DNA from: Psammoneis japonica
Taxonomy: Eukaryota
Assembly (NCBI GenBank): GCA_008632985.1
Contig: QPGO01000070.1
Span: 62,001-126,000 of the forward strand
DNA: 64,000 bases
Direction of reading: 5' to 3'
In this document: positions 12,777 through 26,800 of the stretch, in pieces
Numbering within the stretch: position 1 is the stretch's first letter
How the letters are laid out: each line of letters starts with the position of its first letter
Notes under the pieces: generated by a model
Databases searched by the model: none
Told to the model about the DNA's origin: nothing
The model's input: only the letters and a program-made list of their open reading frames with translations
Translations under genes and position numbers: made by a program

Positions 12777-14055
12777 ATGGATTTCCTGCCGCTCCTGTTG
12801 GCACTGGTGATTGTCATTGCCACCACGTGTTACTTTGCAGTTATAAAGCGCAACGACAAGAGCAAGAAAGAGAGTTGTGAATCACAAGACAAAAAGGAGG
12901 ATTCATCATCGTCGTCTGCCCCCAAGAAGAAAAAATCAAAGCCAAAGCATTCGGCTTCTGCTGCTCATAAGAAAACTAAAGTCAAGGGCGCATCCGCTCC
13001 AAAAGCAAAAGCATCGTCTCATGCTCGATTCAAACGCAAATTTGGAGGTCACGGTTCTGGAAATGTCTTGGCCATGGCCATCTCACCCAATGGAGAATGG
13101 CTGGCTACCTTTGGAGACGACGGTCAGCTACGTATTGCAAGCACTCAAGATTCCAATGTATTTTTTCGTGCCAACATGACCAATCACGATCGCATCACCT
13201 CCTTTTCGTGGCAAGCCGACAATCGCACCATGGTTTGTGGTTTTCGTGATTCGGTAGAAGTTGCGTTTTTTCGCATGCGAAAAAAGCAGGGGACCGACAA
13301 TAATAAGAATAAGTTCCCATATGAACTCGTCGAGTTGGTGAAACGACGGTTTCCAGTCTCTGGCAAGTTGGATAGTATTGCGGCTTGTATCAATGATCAG
13401 GCTCACTCATCGTCACTGGATTTAGTCTTTACGAGTGGACGGAAAGGAACCAATAATTGCATCGCTGTTGCATGGGATGGTAAGAACGGTAATGCATTGG
13501 GTACAGCCAAGATTAGCGGCGAACGCATGCGGCTGTCATTGGATGGGAACTACTTGTGTGGTCGCGGGGAGGGCAATTCGCGAGAAGTAAAGATTTACGA
13601 AATACACCGGAAAAGGGTAAAGGATGAGCCTGAGCCAGTGTTGGACAAAATGACGCAAAAGTGTCTTGTATCGTCCAATGCAAAAGTGTTGGATATTGAC
13701 TTTTGCGGCAATGTGTGCGACCGAGCCGTTGCGTGTTGCCTCAATGGTGAGATTCAGGCGTGGACCTGATACGTCGGGACAGATTCTCAAGCCAATGTGT
13801 GCAACCAATCTTCAAAAGACATTTGTTTGCATGGCTGTGAGTTGTGATGGAAGTCGTGTGGCGGTTGCCACGGATGACGCTTCCTTGCATTTGTTGACAT
13901 TCTCCTCCACACCGGAACCGATCCTTTCATTAGACTTTTCTATTGAAGGTGCGCATACGGTGGGTGTTGGAGACATTCAATTCTGCCCTTCTGGAAATGT
14001 TTTGTACACGAGAGGTCTTGCTAGCAAAGAAGTATTCGCGTGGAATATTGAATAG
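12777..14055 (+). CDS. Membrane-anchored WD40 protein (TBL2-like) with an apparent frameshift at ~13765
   Basis: N-terminal TM segment, Lys-rich linker, WD repeats (GHGSGNVLAMAISPNGEWLATFGDDGQLR). The last blades continue in another frame (13666..14055 ORF), and no frame-restoring intron is evident. Confidence 0.75.
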
Positions 14056-14444
14056 GAAAGCAGTAAGGTGCGCATGCATTGCTAAAGAACAACTGTCTTG
14101 CTTGTGAACGTAGGGGCGCAAGTGCTAAGAGTGACAGTCTTAGGTGTGATAGGAACATCAGCCCAACCGATCGCTGTGGCTATCGTAACTCACGTATCAA
14201 AACAATCTATTGTACTTCCACCATTTTTCTACTGCATGCTTCGGAACTTGTCTTCGAAGAGCAGCATCAACAAAAACCACAAAACTTTGGAAAGGAGCCG
14301 AGGAGAAAGTGTTTCCAAACACCACAATGACCGATCGTCCTTCGCGCCCTCTGCTGTAACGAGAACATTCCAATCATGGGAGCCGTTACGTTTCGTTCTT
14401 GGCGTCCTCTTTGTGCCCCGCCATTATTTGATTACTGGGCTCCT

Positions 14445-17329
14445 TTACATCTCCTTCCCCTCCTCTTCAGCGTCTGAGAACGTGGCAGTGCCTTCGTCTC
14501 CTATGTTATCCGGGGTCGCTCGCGTCAGTAGACGCTCTAACAAGTTCACACGTTGCTGAAGCTTGTGACGCTCCTCACGTAGCTCCCTGTTGCTTTCTTT
14601 TAGTTCCTTCCGCAATCTTCCATTGTCAACAACCTTAATACCCCTATCATCCGGATCATCAGGCTGTGAAGACGCGTTTTCTGTCAACCCAGAAACAAAG
14701 GCACCGCTTCCGTCTGTCGACGGCATGGGAGAAGATCCAGCAGTGACATGTTTTGCAACAACGTGACTTGCTTTTTTGAAACCGCCGCGGCGATCGAAGA
14801 TCACCTTTGGCACAAAGATGAGTAACAGCACTGATATGGAGCACACGAACGCTAATATCATGAGCACAAAGTACCGTGCACTGGGGTCGTTCCAGGCGAT
14901 AATAAGCACGGGGATCCCATAGAGACAAGCTAACAGGAAAAGGCCAATAGCTCCGCCAATGTAATTGCTCTCAGAGAACTGAGAGGAGATATCTCGTGCG
15001 CGGTATGCCTGATAAGCCGCCACGATCAATGCCCCCATGTTGACAACGGCAAGCACGGCCACAAAAGCGCGTATTGCGTCCGACTCGCAACGTCCTTCCG
15101 TTTCCACTGTCTGCCCAAAGACGTCAACTCGGGTGATCTCCCGTTCCCATTTCAATGGGAACAATGCAGTCCAGAGAGAGAGAACAAGCACATTTACCAC
15201 TAGCAGAACAATCAAAGGCGCCATAACATCCCTTGGAGTTACTTTGATGCGCTTCAGGGCTGGATTAAAGAATATTCTGCATATACGCCACGTCTTGGCA
15301 AACAATGCAGCAAAGCAGAGAGCGAAGCCAATAGTAAACTACGGACACGGGGCGTTGCAAGGTAAGCTCCGCGGTTTTGTATTGTGATATATTTGGTTCC
15401 CAGAGATACTTACCAGCCACGGCGTGCTCATACAAGCAATGTCACAACCTCTCGAGCTAGCGATTTCGTCGTCGAAACTCAATGGGATAATGGCGGACCT
15501 ATTCGAATCGAACAATAAAAGGATGTCAGCAACATGTAAGCGTGGTCGCCGCTGGCATCATAAAACAATCCAAATGAACTAAACTCAACAACAGCGTACC
15601 CCATGAGCAAGACGCCTCCCCAAATCATATGCAGAAAAATGGGCTGAGAAGCATTGACGACTTTGCTTTCTCTGCGTCGGATCGTCCATGCAGCAAACCC
15701 AATCGAGAGCAAAATCACTAGGGCCGACAAGGCAAAGCCAGTGCCACGGAGCCCTGCTTTGATGTAGTTGTTATTCACCTCAACCACAGGCAGAGGCTTC
15801 GGCCGGTTGGTCGTTCCGTCGCTGTAAACATACGGTGTCAAACTCTCCCACTTGCCGTTTTGAAAGAGATCTGATTGCACCGCATCAAAGGTCACTTTAC
15901 CCGTTATTGGGTCTTGACGTTGCACAAAGTTGAGAAGCTGATACGCGGCCGAGGAGGCAATACGCGAGCTGGTGGTCGGATCAATCGCAATGCTTCCGGT
16001 AACACCGACAAAACTCGAGTTAACAATTCTATCGTAATGCATCTGCCCATCAAAGTATGTTGTGGGCTCCGTCACGGCACAAGCTGCCAACCCCATGGCG
16101 ATCGTCGAGTCGTACACGAACGCTGCATCGTTTCCGGGATCCCGGAACCGAAAGATTCTATCCACTTGAATCGGTTCGTAATCGGGCTCCCCCTCGTAGA
16201 CGGGGTGTTTGGACTGCAAAAAATCAAGATGATCCGGATGATTCTTCAACTCTTGAAAAGATGACACAAAGTTGTTAAAGGCTGGCGACCCTGGCACAGC
16301 CCACTGAATCTGCAAAAGGGAGCTTCCACGGGAAGCAATCGCAAGTGGATCCTCGGGAGACGTATAATTTCGATCTGTGATGACCTCTGGAAAAAGGGTG
16401 TCGCTATAGATCCAAACATAGTCGTCCCCTGCAATTCCCTGGCGGTATGCTTCTGTCATCAAACCCTCGTAGTTTTTCGTCCCTTCAACCATTGCGAAAA
16501 TGTAACGAAACTGAGTGTTTTTGAGAAATGAGACTGCGGTTTCGAGATCCTTTTGTGCGATAACGTTGATTGGAACATTGATGGACTGTATATTCATAGT
16601 GGGAGCAAATTGTGTAGCAGCCTTTTGAAGTGACGCCAAAAATGCATTGCCATATGCATTATTGCTGTGTACTACGGCGAGATGGTTTGTTTGGATGACA
16701 TCGCGAAGGTACAAGATGACAGGGATAGCTGTACCATCGTCCGAAGGTATCAGGCGACTGAACAGTCTGTACTGGGACCGATCGTCCAGTTCGCTTGAGG
16801 TTGATATCCCTGACATTTGTGGATATCCCATTTCACCAGTAAGGATAGACATGGCAATGGTCAGAGCAGAGCGTCCAGCGCCCAGAAAGGCACAGGGTTG
16901 AGCATGCTCTGCAGCAGTTTTGTTCGGTTCTCGATCCCTCAATTGCAATACACGATTGACTGCAGTGGTCTGATATGCCTCTGTATCAAAGAGCTCAAAT
17001 GTAAATCGAACCTTGCAGGTTTCATTCAGTGCCTGCACCTCGGGGACGATGCTTCCATCGCCCGTGTTGAGATGCATCATGGCCAGATGAGCCGCCGCCG
17101 CCCCCTCAAAAGGACCCTGGAAGTTAAACGGTTGTCGCGGTAGATTTGGGTCGTTAAAGAAGGAGAACGCATAAAAAAATGGTATGTGGCAGTAGCCGTA
17201 AGTAATACCCTGAGCTGTCGTTACCGCGTCGACATTGTTGATTCGCTCCACGGAGAACGCGCTTTGTCGAAGAACTTCAAAGTAGTCCGGCGGGAGGGAG
17301 AATGCACGCGACAATTTTTCGTCACTCAT
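14445..17329 (-). CDS. Class C GPCR (GABA-B receptor-like): Venus-flytrap domain plus 7TM; 3 exons: 17329-15600, 15498-15414, 15338-14445
   Basis: ANF-receptor-like motifs (GAGRSA, STSSELDDRSQYRLFSRLIPSD), VVNASQPIFL, spliced CDIACMSTPWL|FTIGFALCFAALFAKTWRI, SQFSESNYI, LIFVPK, C-terminal coiled coil; GT-AG introns keep the frame. Confidence 0.92.
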
Positions 17330-17666
17330 CGTCGACCTTTATTCTCGTGATTTCATTGAACACCAGGCGGGGACCTCATACAGCCTCTAGAGTCGATGTA
17401 CAGCCGCCGCCATGGGCATGCTTTCGGCGTTTTGGTTTATGTTGTGCTCACGTTGAAAGTGGCGCGGGAATAATCGGGAATAAGATGCGTGCAGCTAGCA
17501 TGTGTCACGCAGTCGTGCAGCAGCTATTTTTTTTAAGGGTGGTCGGTTGCTACTTTTTTTAGCTCGAATTCGGCCGAATAGCTCGTGTTTTGCATGATTT
17601 TTCCTGAATTTCACCGTGCTTCACCGTGGTGAAAACAACAAGCCATAAGTCTGTGACGGAGGTGGT

Positions 17667-17741
17667 CCGTCTACCAACTCTCATTTATTTTATGTTTGTT
17701 ATGTATCAAAGATTGTATATACATGAAAAGTTGGTAGACGG
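17667..17741. repeat. 75-bp inverted repeat (mini-MITE or hairpin) upstream of the GPCR
   Basis: ccgtctaccaact ... agttggtagacgg: 13-bp perfect arms, imperfectly extendable, with an AT-rich spacer. Confidence 0.6.
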
Positions 17742-18099
17742 CAAACTACGTTTTTGAGAAATATCGATGATTGTCATCATCGTCGTGCTTCGGTCGCGGT
17801 GGTGATGGTTCTCGTTTTCGTGCGCGATCGGGTGTGACTAGGGCCTATGAATAATTCTTGTATTCAAAAATAAACACTAAAAAAACCTTATTCAAATGCA
17901 ACGGTAATTTTAGGATAAACGCGGGGATGACCCCCCTTAATAGGTCTACTACCCTGTAGCACAGCCAGGACGCTCGATCAGGAAGTCCGTCCATGCATCC
18001 CTGTCCACCCCCCCCCTCCCCCCGACATCCGCTCATTGCCCGGTGACAGACATTCTCTCTCGATCGTTGCCCAAGAGCGACAGTCATAAACTCGGTTGT

Positions 18100-21000
18100 T
18101 TGCAGCAGCAACAACTGCATGCTTGGCTGAATGGCAGCATCTCATTGTCTTCATGAACTGAAGTGATCATTCAGAGCCATGATCTTTTTGTTGTGTTCTT
18201 TGTTGTCGGCTGGGTGCAGCACATGCTGTGCAACACACAGCACGAGGAGGGCTGAGCCAACCGGAGTTTGTCATTTTTGCACTTGACAACAGCAAGCTGA
18301 GCAATGTTGTCAACTGATGTGACAGCAGCTTGAACAGAGGGAGGAGTTTTTTCTGCTGTCCCACAAAAAAGCTGGCGCACCTTTTCATCATTTTCGCACG
18401 TGCACTTTCTCCAGCAAAGCTGGCTGCTTTTTTCGATTGTTTTGCCACCAGCAGCAGATGCCTTTGAACTTCAGGTTGTTGAGGTGGGATGGTTGCTCTG
18501 CTTGCTTTGTGTCAGCAGCAGCAGCTGCTGCACTGCATCGCTGCAAAGATCACAGGCAGAGCAGCAGCGCAACAAGTGAGCTCAGCTTCTTGTGAGAGCT
18601 CTGAAAGCCCGCAAGAGAGTGCTGTGTGGCCCAAAATGGCACTGAGAGAACAGAGTTGGAAGGCACAAAAAAAGAGCTCCAGGGAGGATTGTTGAATGAA
18701 AGAATGGCCCCATTGCCCCAACAACTCTTGGGCTGCAAAGGCAGCTGGGTTTGTGCTTCTTTCTCTGGCTCTGCAGTCAAAGTTAGAGAGAGGCTCAGTT
18801 TGAGAAGCTAAAAGCTTGACAACAGGGGAAAACAAAGGGAGTGTGTCATTGGCAATGAGCAAGTTTTCTTGATCACAGCTGCTGGCTTGCTTCTCTGGCA
18901 GCACAACAAGAAGAGAAAGCATTGCTCAGGGTGCTCCTCCTGCTGCAAATGACTGTGCAAGTCTGGAGTTGAAATGCATTGAAAAGCTCAGATTTGGTGG
19001 GCTCTGGTTTTGTCAATCATTTGTGCTTGTGCATCATTTGGCTGTTTGTGTTTGAGGGGTTGAGAGGGGGGGGGGGGGCAGGAAACAACTGCATCTTTGC
19101 GAGCTCTGCATGCTTGCATGCTTCAAAATGTGAGTGCACAAAACTTTGTCAAATTTGAAAAATTGAAGGCAGGCACTCTCTCAACCATTCTTGGTGTGTT
19201 TGCAATTGCTTGCAACTGTGCATGTGAAATGCGTGAAGGGCAAAAAATGGCATGCTCTTGTTTGCAAAAGTTGCCCATGAGAGGCGAAAATCTACGAAGC
19301 AGTTGGTGGGTGTTGGAAACATTTTTTGCACATGGGGGACAAGGGTTCTGCCAGGTCTCTGATGTGGCTTGTGAAAGTCATTTTGTGGCCCCTTGTGCAC
19401 AACAAGATTGCTTGCCTGGCCACTCATTTGCCCACTTTCCTGATGGCCGCTCAGCTCTTGTTGAGAGCTCTGTGGCAGACACACCAGCAGCGCTTCTGCA
19501 CGTGACACCAGCGCGCTGCTGGTCTTCCCACTGGCAACACTTCACTGAGATTGGGTGGCTGTTGTGACACAGTTGCTCTCAGTGAGTTGTGCCTCCAGAA
19601 CTGCTGTGCACCTCTCATTTCAACAAAAATGTCCAAATGGCCAGCAGCACCTTGAGTCTGACCTCATTGCTGAATGTCCCCCCCCCCAGCTTGCAAGAGA
19701 AAGCGCAACAAGAAATGCCAAACAAGTGTGTCAACTGCCAAGTTCTTCTCCCTTGGCATCACCTTCCACAGACACAGCACACAAATGACATCATGAAAAG
19801 GCACAATCCCCAAAAATGACAACTCACGTTGTCATCCCCTCAAGTGCAACAGTGTCAACAGATGATCGCGCGAGAGGGACATGCCAGCATTGTGACTCCA
19901 AATGAGTCATCCCCCAACTGTCAGTCGCGAAGCTCAAGAATCCCCAAAGTTTTGGTGGCGGATTTCTTCATTCTCAACTTCCGCGTGAATTTGCGCAAAA
20001 TTGTGGTTGGCGATGTTCTTTGTCAAAAAGAATGGTGTTGAAGCTTGTTTTTTGTTTTTCTCAGAGAAGCACTCATTCAAACAGCGAGGACAGGACTGGC
20101 ACAACACACTGTGATGCTTTTTCTGGGTTGCCAGATGTCCTGTGTTGAGTTGTGCTCCTCGAGCGGTGCAAATTTTTGATCAGAGTCGATCGGATCAATT
20201 TTTCCACATTGACAGTTTTGTTCACTGAGCATTTTAGAGTCACAATTTTTGCTCTCATTTTTTTGTTCCTTTGCCAAGGAACTTGCTTCAATTGTTTTTG
20301 TGAGCTGCCTGGTCCATCATTGTGGAGTTCAGCTCCTCTTTCACAGAGGTGTTTCTGCTGCTGTGGTCACGCGACCGTGTGTGATTGCTGTCAGAGCATT
20401 GTATTTTTGGGTCTCTTTCAGAGCCACCCTTGCACTCTTTTGCTGGTTTGTTTTTAGAATGGCTTCAATCCATGACACAGGTGTTCTTTTTTCAAAGATG
20501 GCACCTTTTGTTCACTTTGGATTGTTCAGGTGCCATGCAGGAGACCATTTTTGGAACCAAACTTGGAGCCATTTTGGTTTTGAAGCTGACCTTGCCATCA
20601 GAGTCTGATTTGATGTGCGCTCTTGTCACAGGCATCATCAACAACCTCCAGACGACTCAAAACTCAATCAGCTCTCATCACAGGCACGTTCCAGCAATTC
20701 AACGTTTCGGACAGTCGACTGATGCCGCCATCCTTGCGGTGCGAGACATGGCTGACAGCTCAGTGCTTGGTTTCCCATTGGATTCAACTTAGAATTGATC
20801 GGAGGGTCATGTGGACACTCATCAATGACCTCTTGGGTCCAGCAGAGGCTTTCTTGCTGACTGCCAAGCTGCTCTGGTTTCTTCAGATCATCTCGAAAAT
20901 GACAACTCTGATTCTGAAGTGCATTTCCTCAGAAGACATGAGTTGAGAGACACTTGGAGTGCTTTTCAGCAATTCCTTCTTGCTCTTTGGACTTGAGGCT

Positions 21001-22400
21001 CATCGATTTGGTCTCTAAAAACTCTGCAACATCAACAGTCTCTCCTTGCATGGCAGGTGCATTTCTCGGATCTTGTCGACTCGAAACTTGACATTCCATC
21101 CAACTGTGACTTGGTGTAGATTTTTTGACAATGCAGCATGCTTGTGGAGTCTTTGATCCTGAGGTGCTTGGAGTGGGTTGTGTTGGAACAAACCCCCTTG
21201 ACAGACAGACAAAAAACAGTGTTCCATCTTGAGGCATTGCTCGGATTGCGGTTCTCTTCCACTCGGAAATCGACTCCAGCAGAACTGACACGATTTGTTC
21301 CTGTTTGTGGAAGAATTTGCAAAGGCACATTAGTTGAAATTTTCATTTTCTGTGTTTTTGCCTTCTGTGGTGTGCACACACAATGCACTGTGCTTGAAGT
21401 GTGAGCATGAACAAAAGCAGAACAAAGCACGAAAAGTGGAAATTGTGAGTGTAAATTTTGCTCTGTAATTTTTGGATTCTCCGAACAAGTTCTCAATGGC
21501 CCAAAGCTTTTGTGCTGCCGGAGGCATGTGAATGGCAGCAAACTTTTTTTCAGGATTGCCTCACAGACCCCAAGACCCACATGTTGGTGGAAAGCTCTCG
21601 ACGAGCAACGCGTTCCAGCTCTAGAGGTGGGACCTCGCACTGCTGCACTGTGACATCAACAGTTTTTTGGATCGCGTCGCATGTCGCGCACGCACATTTC
21701 TGTGTGTTGCATTCTACGAAATTGTTTCATGCTCCCTGTTTTGCGAAGCCAAAGGCTTTCTATTTTCAACATTCATGAGAATGAAAACACGCTGGGCACA
21801 TTCTTCAATGTCTGAAGAACACACCCGGGCAAACTGTTGATCATGTGCTCCAAGCATGCAGGAGGAGATGCGTTCATAAAATTGCCTCTTTTTCTGTTGG
21901 CGATCATGTGAATTTTCATTGCAGTGTAAATTTACTACAGAGCTCGCACGCAGAATTCTGCGGGCCCAATGTCACATGGAGTCCCACCCAGGACTGGAAC
22001 CCATCGAGCTGAACAAGGTCAAATGCATGTTGCATCGGTCGGAGTGAGCGGAAAGCAAGTGTTTGTCATTGAAAATTTGGCATTTATTTAAGAAAAAACA
22101 ATGGTCACATTTGCCTTTTTCCAATTGATTTTTGTGTTTGTGTTCAGTCATTGCTCGCATCATGAATTTGACATTTAATCCGGAGTTCCGAAATTTTGTT
22201 CAGGATTGCATGCCGCACAAATTGCTTGTGGGACACCTTGTTTCTATGCTTTGCTCTTACTCTGCAGCTCTTACAACTGAAGATGTCGAAAAAAGGCTTT
22301 CGTCAGTCGCTGCAACTGGGTGTGTTTTAGTGACTGACGAAAGCCGATTTTCGACAAGCATTTTTGGTGTCGAGATTTTTCAACGGCAAAAACAACTTCG
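18100..22400. other. TpA/CpG-depleted block 3 (decayed repeats)
   Basis: Same signature; CpG is partly retained from ~19830 onward. Confidence 0.88.
21607..22005. mobile_element. MITE family A, partially mutated copy, 4-bp TSD gagc
   Basis: Ends (a)acgcgttccag...ggtgggac / gtcccacccaggactggaacccatc match 46637-47026; gagc at 21603-21606 and 22006-22009. Confidence 0.85.
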
Positions 22401-23024
22401 CTGCTGTTTACATGCCTCCGGCAGTCCTACAGACTAAAAGGCCTTTCGGATAATATGATCATGACAACAGATTGTTCGGATACGATTGCTGTTGACACGT
22501 AAGATGTCAACATCGTCAATCGATCGTATTTGCAATTTTCGACATCCGATCAACTCTGTGTGATCGTTCTGTCCTTCGTACGCATCCACGACTGTGGTAC
22601 GATTGACATGTATAAAATATATATAATTATATATATGCATATAACAGTCGCATGCTGCATCGAAATCGGCGCGCCAATGGATTTGGAGCTGACAGTAAGT
22701 ATAGTACCCAGTAAACAGACACTGCCAATGAACTACCAGTTTAGAATGCTAAGATGACTTGGAAGGAAGTGTCTTCCGCTTTTCTTAAATCGTTGCTTCG
22801 CTTTTCCGTCGGAACGAAAGAAGCTCTGCCTGGGCTCCAATAGCTACACTTGTTTGACCATGTTAATGTTCCCCATGTTTCTTGTCCTCAAATATGAAAT
22901 GAAGAACGACACATCTCCGGTGCTAATTTGCAGTTCGTGGCTGCATGGGGCTGCTTGAGATTTGCTTTTGAATCATGCATCGTCGTCGTGTGTTCAACTA
23001 CTATTTCATCATAATGATGCCTTG

Positions 23025-23450
23025 CTATCCATCCATCACCACTGGCTTGCTGTAGACATCGAGTTCCGTTTCCTCTCTTTCACGAACATCATCATAATCA
23101 CGACAAAATTGTTCATATTGAGCCTTGTACTCCGGTGTCGAATTCTCCAGTTTGCGATTCGGTATCCAATACTGTTGTCCGTGAATGAGAATCATGGAAT
23201 TATGCCATGGTGAATCATGAAATTGAATACTCCTAGCTTCTTCGTTTTCTCTTTCGTAGCATGCAAAACATTCTTCACTCTTGGCGCGCGCTGCTTCCAA
23301 CGAAAAAGCACCATCAGTGCCGTACTTTACCAAAGTCCATGCCATGAGGGCTCGACAAATACGCAAACGCTTTATATACTCAGACTCAGAGTAAGAGTCC
23401 TCACTATCACTACTACAAGAGCTATTGTGTGGCTTATCTTCATTCGCCAT
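23025..23450 (-). CDS. Hypothetical protein, 141 aa
   Basis: ATG-initiated ORF in normal-composition DNA, with Tyr/Glu-rich protein-like composition; no recognised domain. Confidence 0.5.
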   Translation of the reverse strand: MANEDKPHNSSCSSDSEDSYSESEYIKRLRICRALMAWTLVKYGTDGAFSLEAARAKSEECFACYERENEEARSIQFHDSPWHNSMILIHGQQYWIPNRKLENSTPEYKAQYEQFCRDYDDVREREETELDVYSKPVVMDG

Positions 23451-23838
23451 GTTGAGGTTTGAGGTTCCAGATTCTGCCTGCGCACCCGCAGCACATTGAA
23501 CATGATACGATGGCGGGGGACCGATCGACCACGCACTGACGTTCCGACGTTCCTGCGATACCGTAGTCTACGAGCATCGTCTTTTGCCCCGTCTCTCTCC
23601 GGCGGAGAGGGGGGGGGGGGGCACAGCCAGACGGATGATTCTGATTGGCCGAAAAGCGAAATTGAAATTTTCGTACGCGGTGCAGGCACTTACGGTACTC
23701 GACGATGGTGCTGCTTCCGTTCGCCAGCCGTTTACGGCGTGGCAACTCCCACCATCACAACATGTCGTGTCAAGTCGTTTCCCATAACACCCATTGTTTT
23801 GGCAAAGTGAAATATTTTACATACGCACTACAAAAAGC

Positions 23839-26800
23839 ATGTACCGCAACGAAAGCCCCGATGATGACGGCAAGATTGAGCGCTTTCGTGCACGGTTTGG
23901 CCGGAGCTTTACAGAGCATCATGAGCGCTTGTTGGATATTTGTATTGGTCGAGTCAAGCCCTGTGTGCAAGACTTAAAGCCGCTGGAGGACGGAGAGCGA
24001 TTGGGGAGCGCTGATCTGATGAACCTCCAGCTAATGGTGGAGGTGGAGTTTGCTGCTTCCGTTGCCAAAGAAATGGCCGAGCCTGAAGATTATATATCCA
24101 CAAGTCCTGCCGAACCTCATGCTTACGACGTCTTTCTTATGGAAAGAACCATGGATCGTTCAGACATGCGACTAGCCGTCTGCATTCCGGTCAGCAAGAC
24201 AGATGATCTCGTGTGGTACAATGGCTTCACTAACACGTGGGAACTGGACCCACCTTCTCACAAGTGGCGCGTCGCTTCTCTTTCAGGAGCAGCTCGAGTT
24301 TTGGAGGCTCTGTCTTGTAATCCGTACGATCACCCTTTAATGCAGGCGGCCATGAATCGAAGTCTCATCTTTGATGTCGCGGATGAAGATGGGAGCGACA
24401 ACTCCACCTCTGACGTGCGCGGTTCTTTTGGGCAGTTCCTTACCGCTTTTGGGAGGAGTAGACACGAAGACAGCTTTGTTTGCCAGTCCATCATGGAGCA
24501 GTTGAATGTATCGCAACGTCGCGCGGTACAGACAGTTGTCAGTCCTGAGTTTGACTCGGGGTTCTTTGTCATTCAAGGACCTCCAGGCTGTGGAAAAACA
24601 ACCACGTTGGTGTCAATGCTCCTCGCAGCGTTACAGCAGCAGCAGCAAGATACCAAAGACAAGAGGAGTTTGTTGGTGCTTGCCCCGTCGAATGCTGCTG
24701 TGGCAAATGCTGCCTTGAAGTTTTGGTCTCGAGTACGAAGCTTATCGAATTTCGATATTTCTTGGGCTGATATTCTGGTGCATGGCGAAAACTGCGATCC
24801 TTCAGTACGGTTCCTGAATCCTCAGCACCGTGGAGACAATTTCTCAAAGGTATGCAAACGTCTCGAGGATGCTGCAACACAGCCCATACTACAGGAGAAG
24901 TTGCGACAAGAGTTTCTTACTTGGATGCATGCAGAAGAACATAGCGAGGATCTCTCCATGTCAGACCTGGCATGCATCTGTCCTTACATTGATACATCCA
25001 CACGCCAAGGCCGAGCCTATTACGCCAACGCTGTATCCCAAGCGAACGTGATCTTTTGTACACTCAATTCGGCAGGGTCAATGGCACTGCAGCTCAATGC
25101 CAAGGTTTCTACATGTATGCTTGATGAAGCCGGGCAGTGCACCGAGGCTGAGTTCCACGTTGCCACGACTTTTCCTCGCTTAGAAAGAATGGTGGTCATG
25201 GGTGATCCAAAGCAGCTACCCTCAACAGTGATTGATCCCAGTTGTAAAGCGGCAGGTTATGGAAGGTCTTGGCTGGAAAATGTGTTCAAGCTTCATCCTC
25301 GCAAGGTTCATTTGCTCGATACGCAATATCGAATGCACCCACAGATTCTAAAGTTTCCGAATCGTGCCTTTTATCAAGATCGAATCCAGTCGGGTGACAA
25401 TGTCCTGATGCGGGAACCGTATGTCGCCACCCCCTTTTTGTTTGTAGACACCGACCGAAAAGGACATGAAGAAATTGAAGATTTTTCGAGGCACAATGTT
25501 TTTGAAGTTACAGTGATCAAGTCTCTGCTGTTCAATGACCAAGACATTGTTCGTTTGTTGCGGGAGAAGGAAGATGCCCGAGTAATTATTATATCACCCT
25601 ACAAAGCCCAGGTTAAGCTGTTGCGTCAACACTTGAAGTTACCATATCGCCGGCAACTGGAAATCGCAACAGTTGACTCGTTTCAAGGTCAAGAGGGAGA
25701 TATTGTGATTGTTTCGACCGTCCGGACACACCGTGTTGGTTTCGTAGACGACCCACAGCGTCTGAATGTGGCGTTGACACGAGCCAAACGTATTCTACGT
25801 GTCGTTGGGGACGCCTCGTTTTTCCAAAGTCTTCGTCCTCCTTCAACGTTGCGCAACCTAACCCGCTTTGCCAAGAGACGCGAGGGAGGACTAGTGAAAA
25901 CAAAAATAAGCAGTACTCCGTGGAGTCGCCCGAACTGGAAACAGACCACTCTTTGGAAACCCACCATGTCTCAGCGTTTTGTAGGCTGCTTGAACAGAAT
26001 GAGTCAGAGGAACAAAAATATCTGCCTAAACACCCTGTTTGCAGTTGCCAGAGGCGATAGTGCGTCCCTGTGCGGTCGTGTCCCACCAAAGGACAAGCCC
26101 TCCTGGTACATGTCTTGTTTGAGAGGGTATCACGATGAGTTACGTATTGTCTGGGTTGCCAAGATGCTTGATAAGCAAGCAATTGAGGCGTCATTTGCTG
26201 GAACATACAGAGAGTGCTTGCGTTTCCTACAGATGAATGTTGTTGTGCCCACGGAAGCTTGCATTGTTCGCCCCGACTTGAGCGGAATCCTTAGTAAACC
26301 TGTGAAGGAAGGAACTGGCACAGGAGAGTTAGTTATATCCTGGCCTGTAACCAACACGATGCAGCATGTGCTTGTTTCTGGTCTGCAGCTTCCCCTAGGT
26401 AGCGTGCAGCTGGACAATTTCCAGGAACAAGTGGCCCGAATGAAGCCTCCATTGATTGTTGAGTCACGATCGGGAACTGGCAAAACCCTCGTGCTTTTGC
26501 AGCATGCTGCTTATTTTACAGACTCTAAAGACAACCGACCCGCGTGCTTCGTGACTGTTTCATTTCGTCTTCGTAATGAGTTGGAGCAGCGTTACGTGGC
26601 GATCAATCAGGCAGAGAATCTTGGGCTACGGGATACGATGTTTTTCACCTTTGAAGATCTATTGGGTGACTTGCTGCAGCTCATGCGCATCTCGGACTTC
26701 AAAGGACAAGGTCGTTGCACGTACCTTGGTTTTGAAGACTCAAAACGGTCCCATGAGCGTTCCATCATTGAGCCACACGTTGTTGAGAATGAGATCGGGG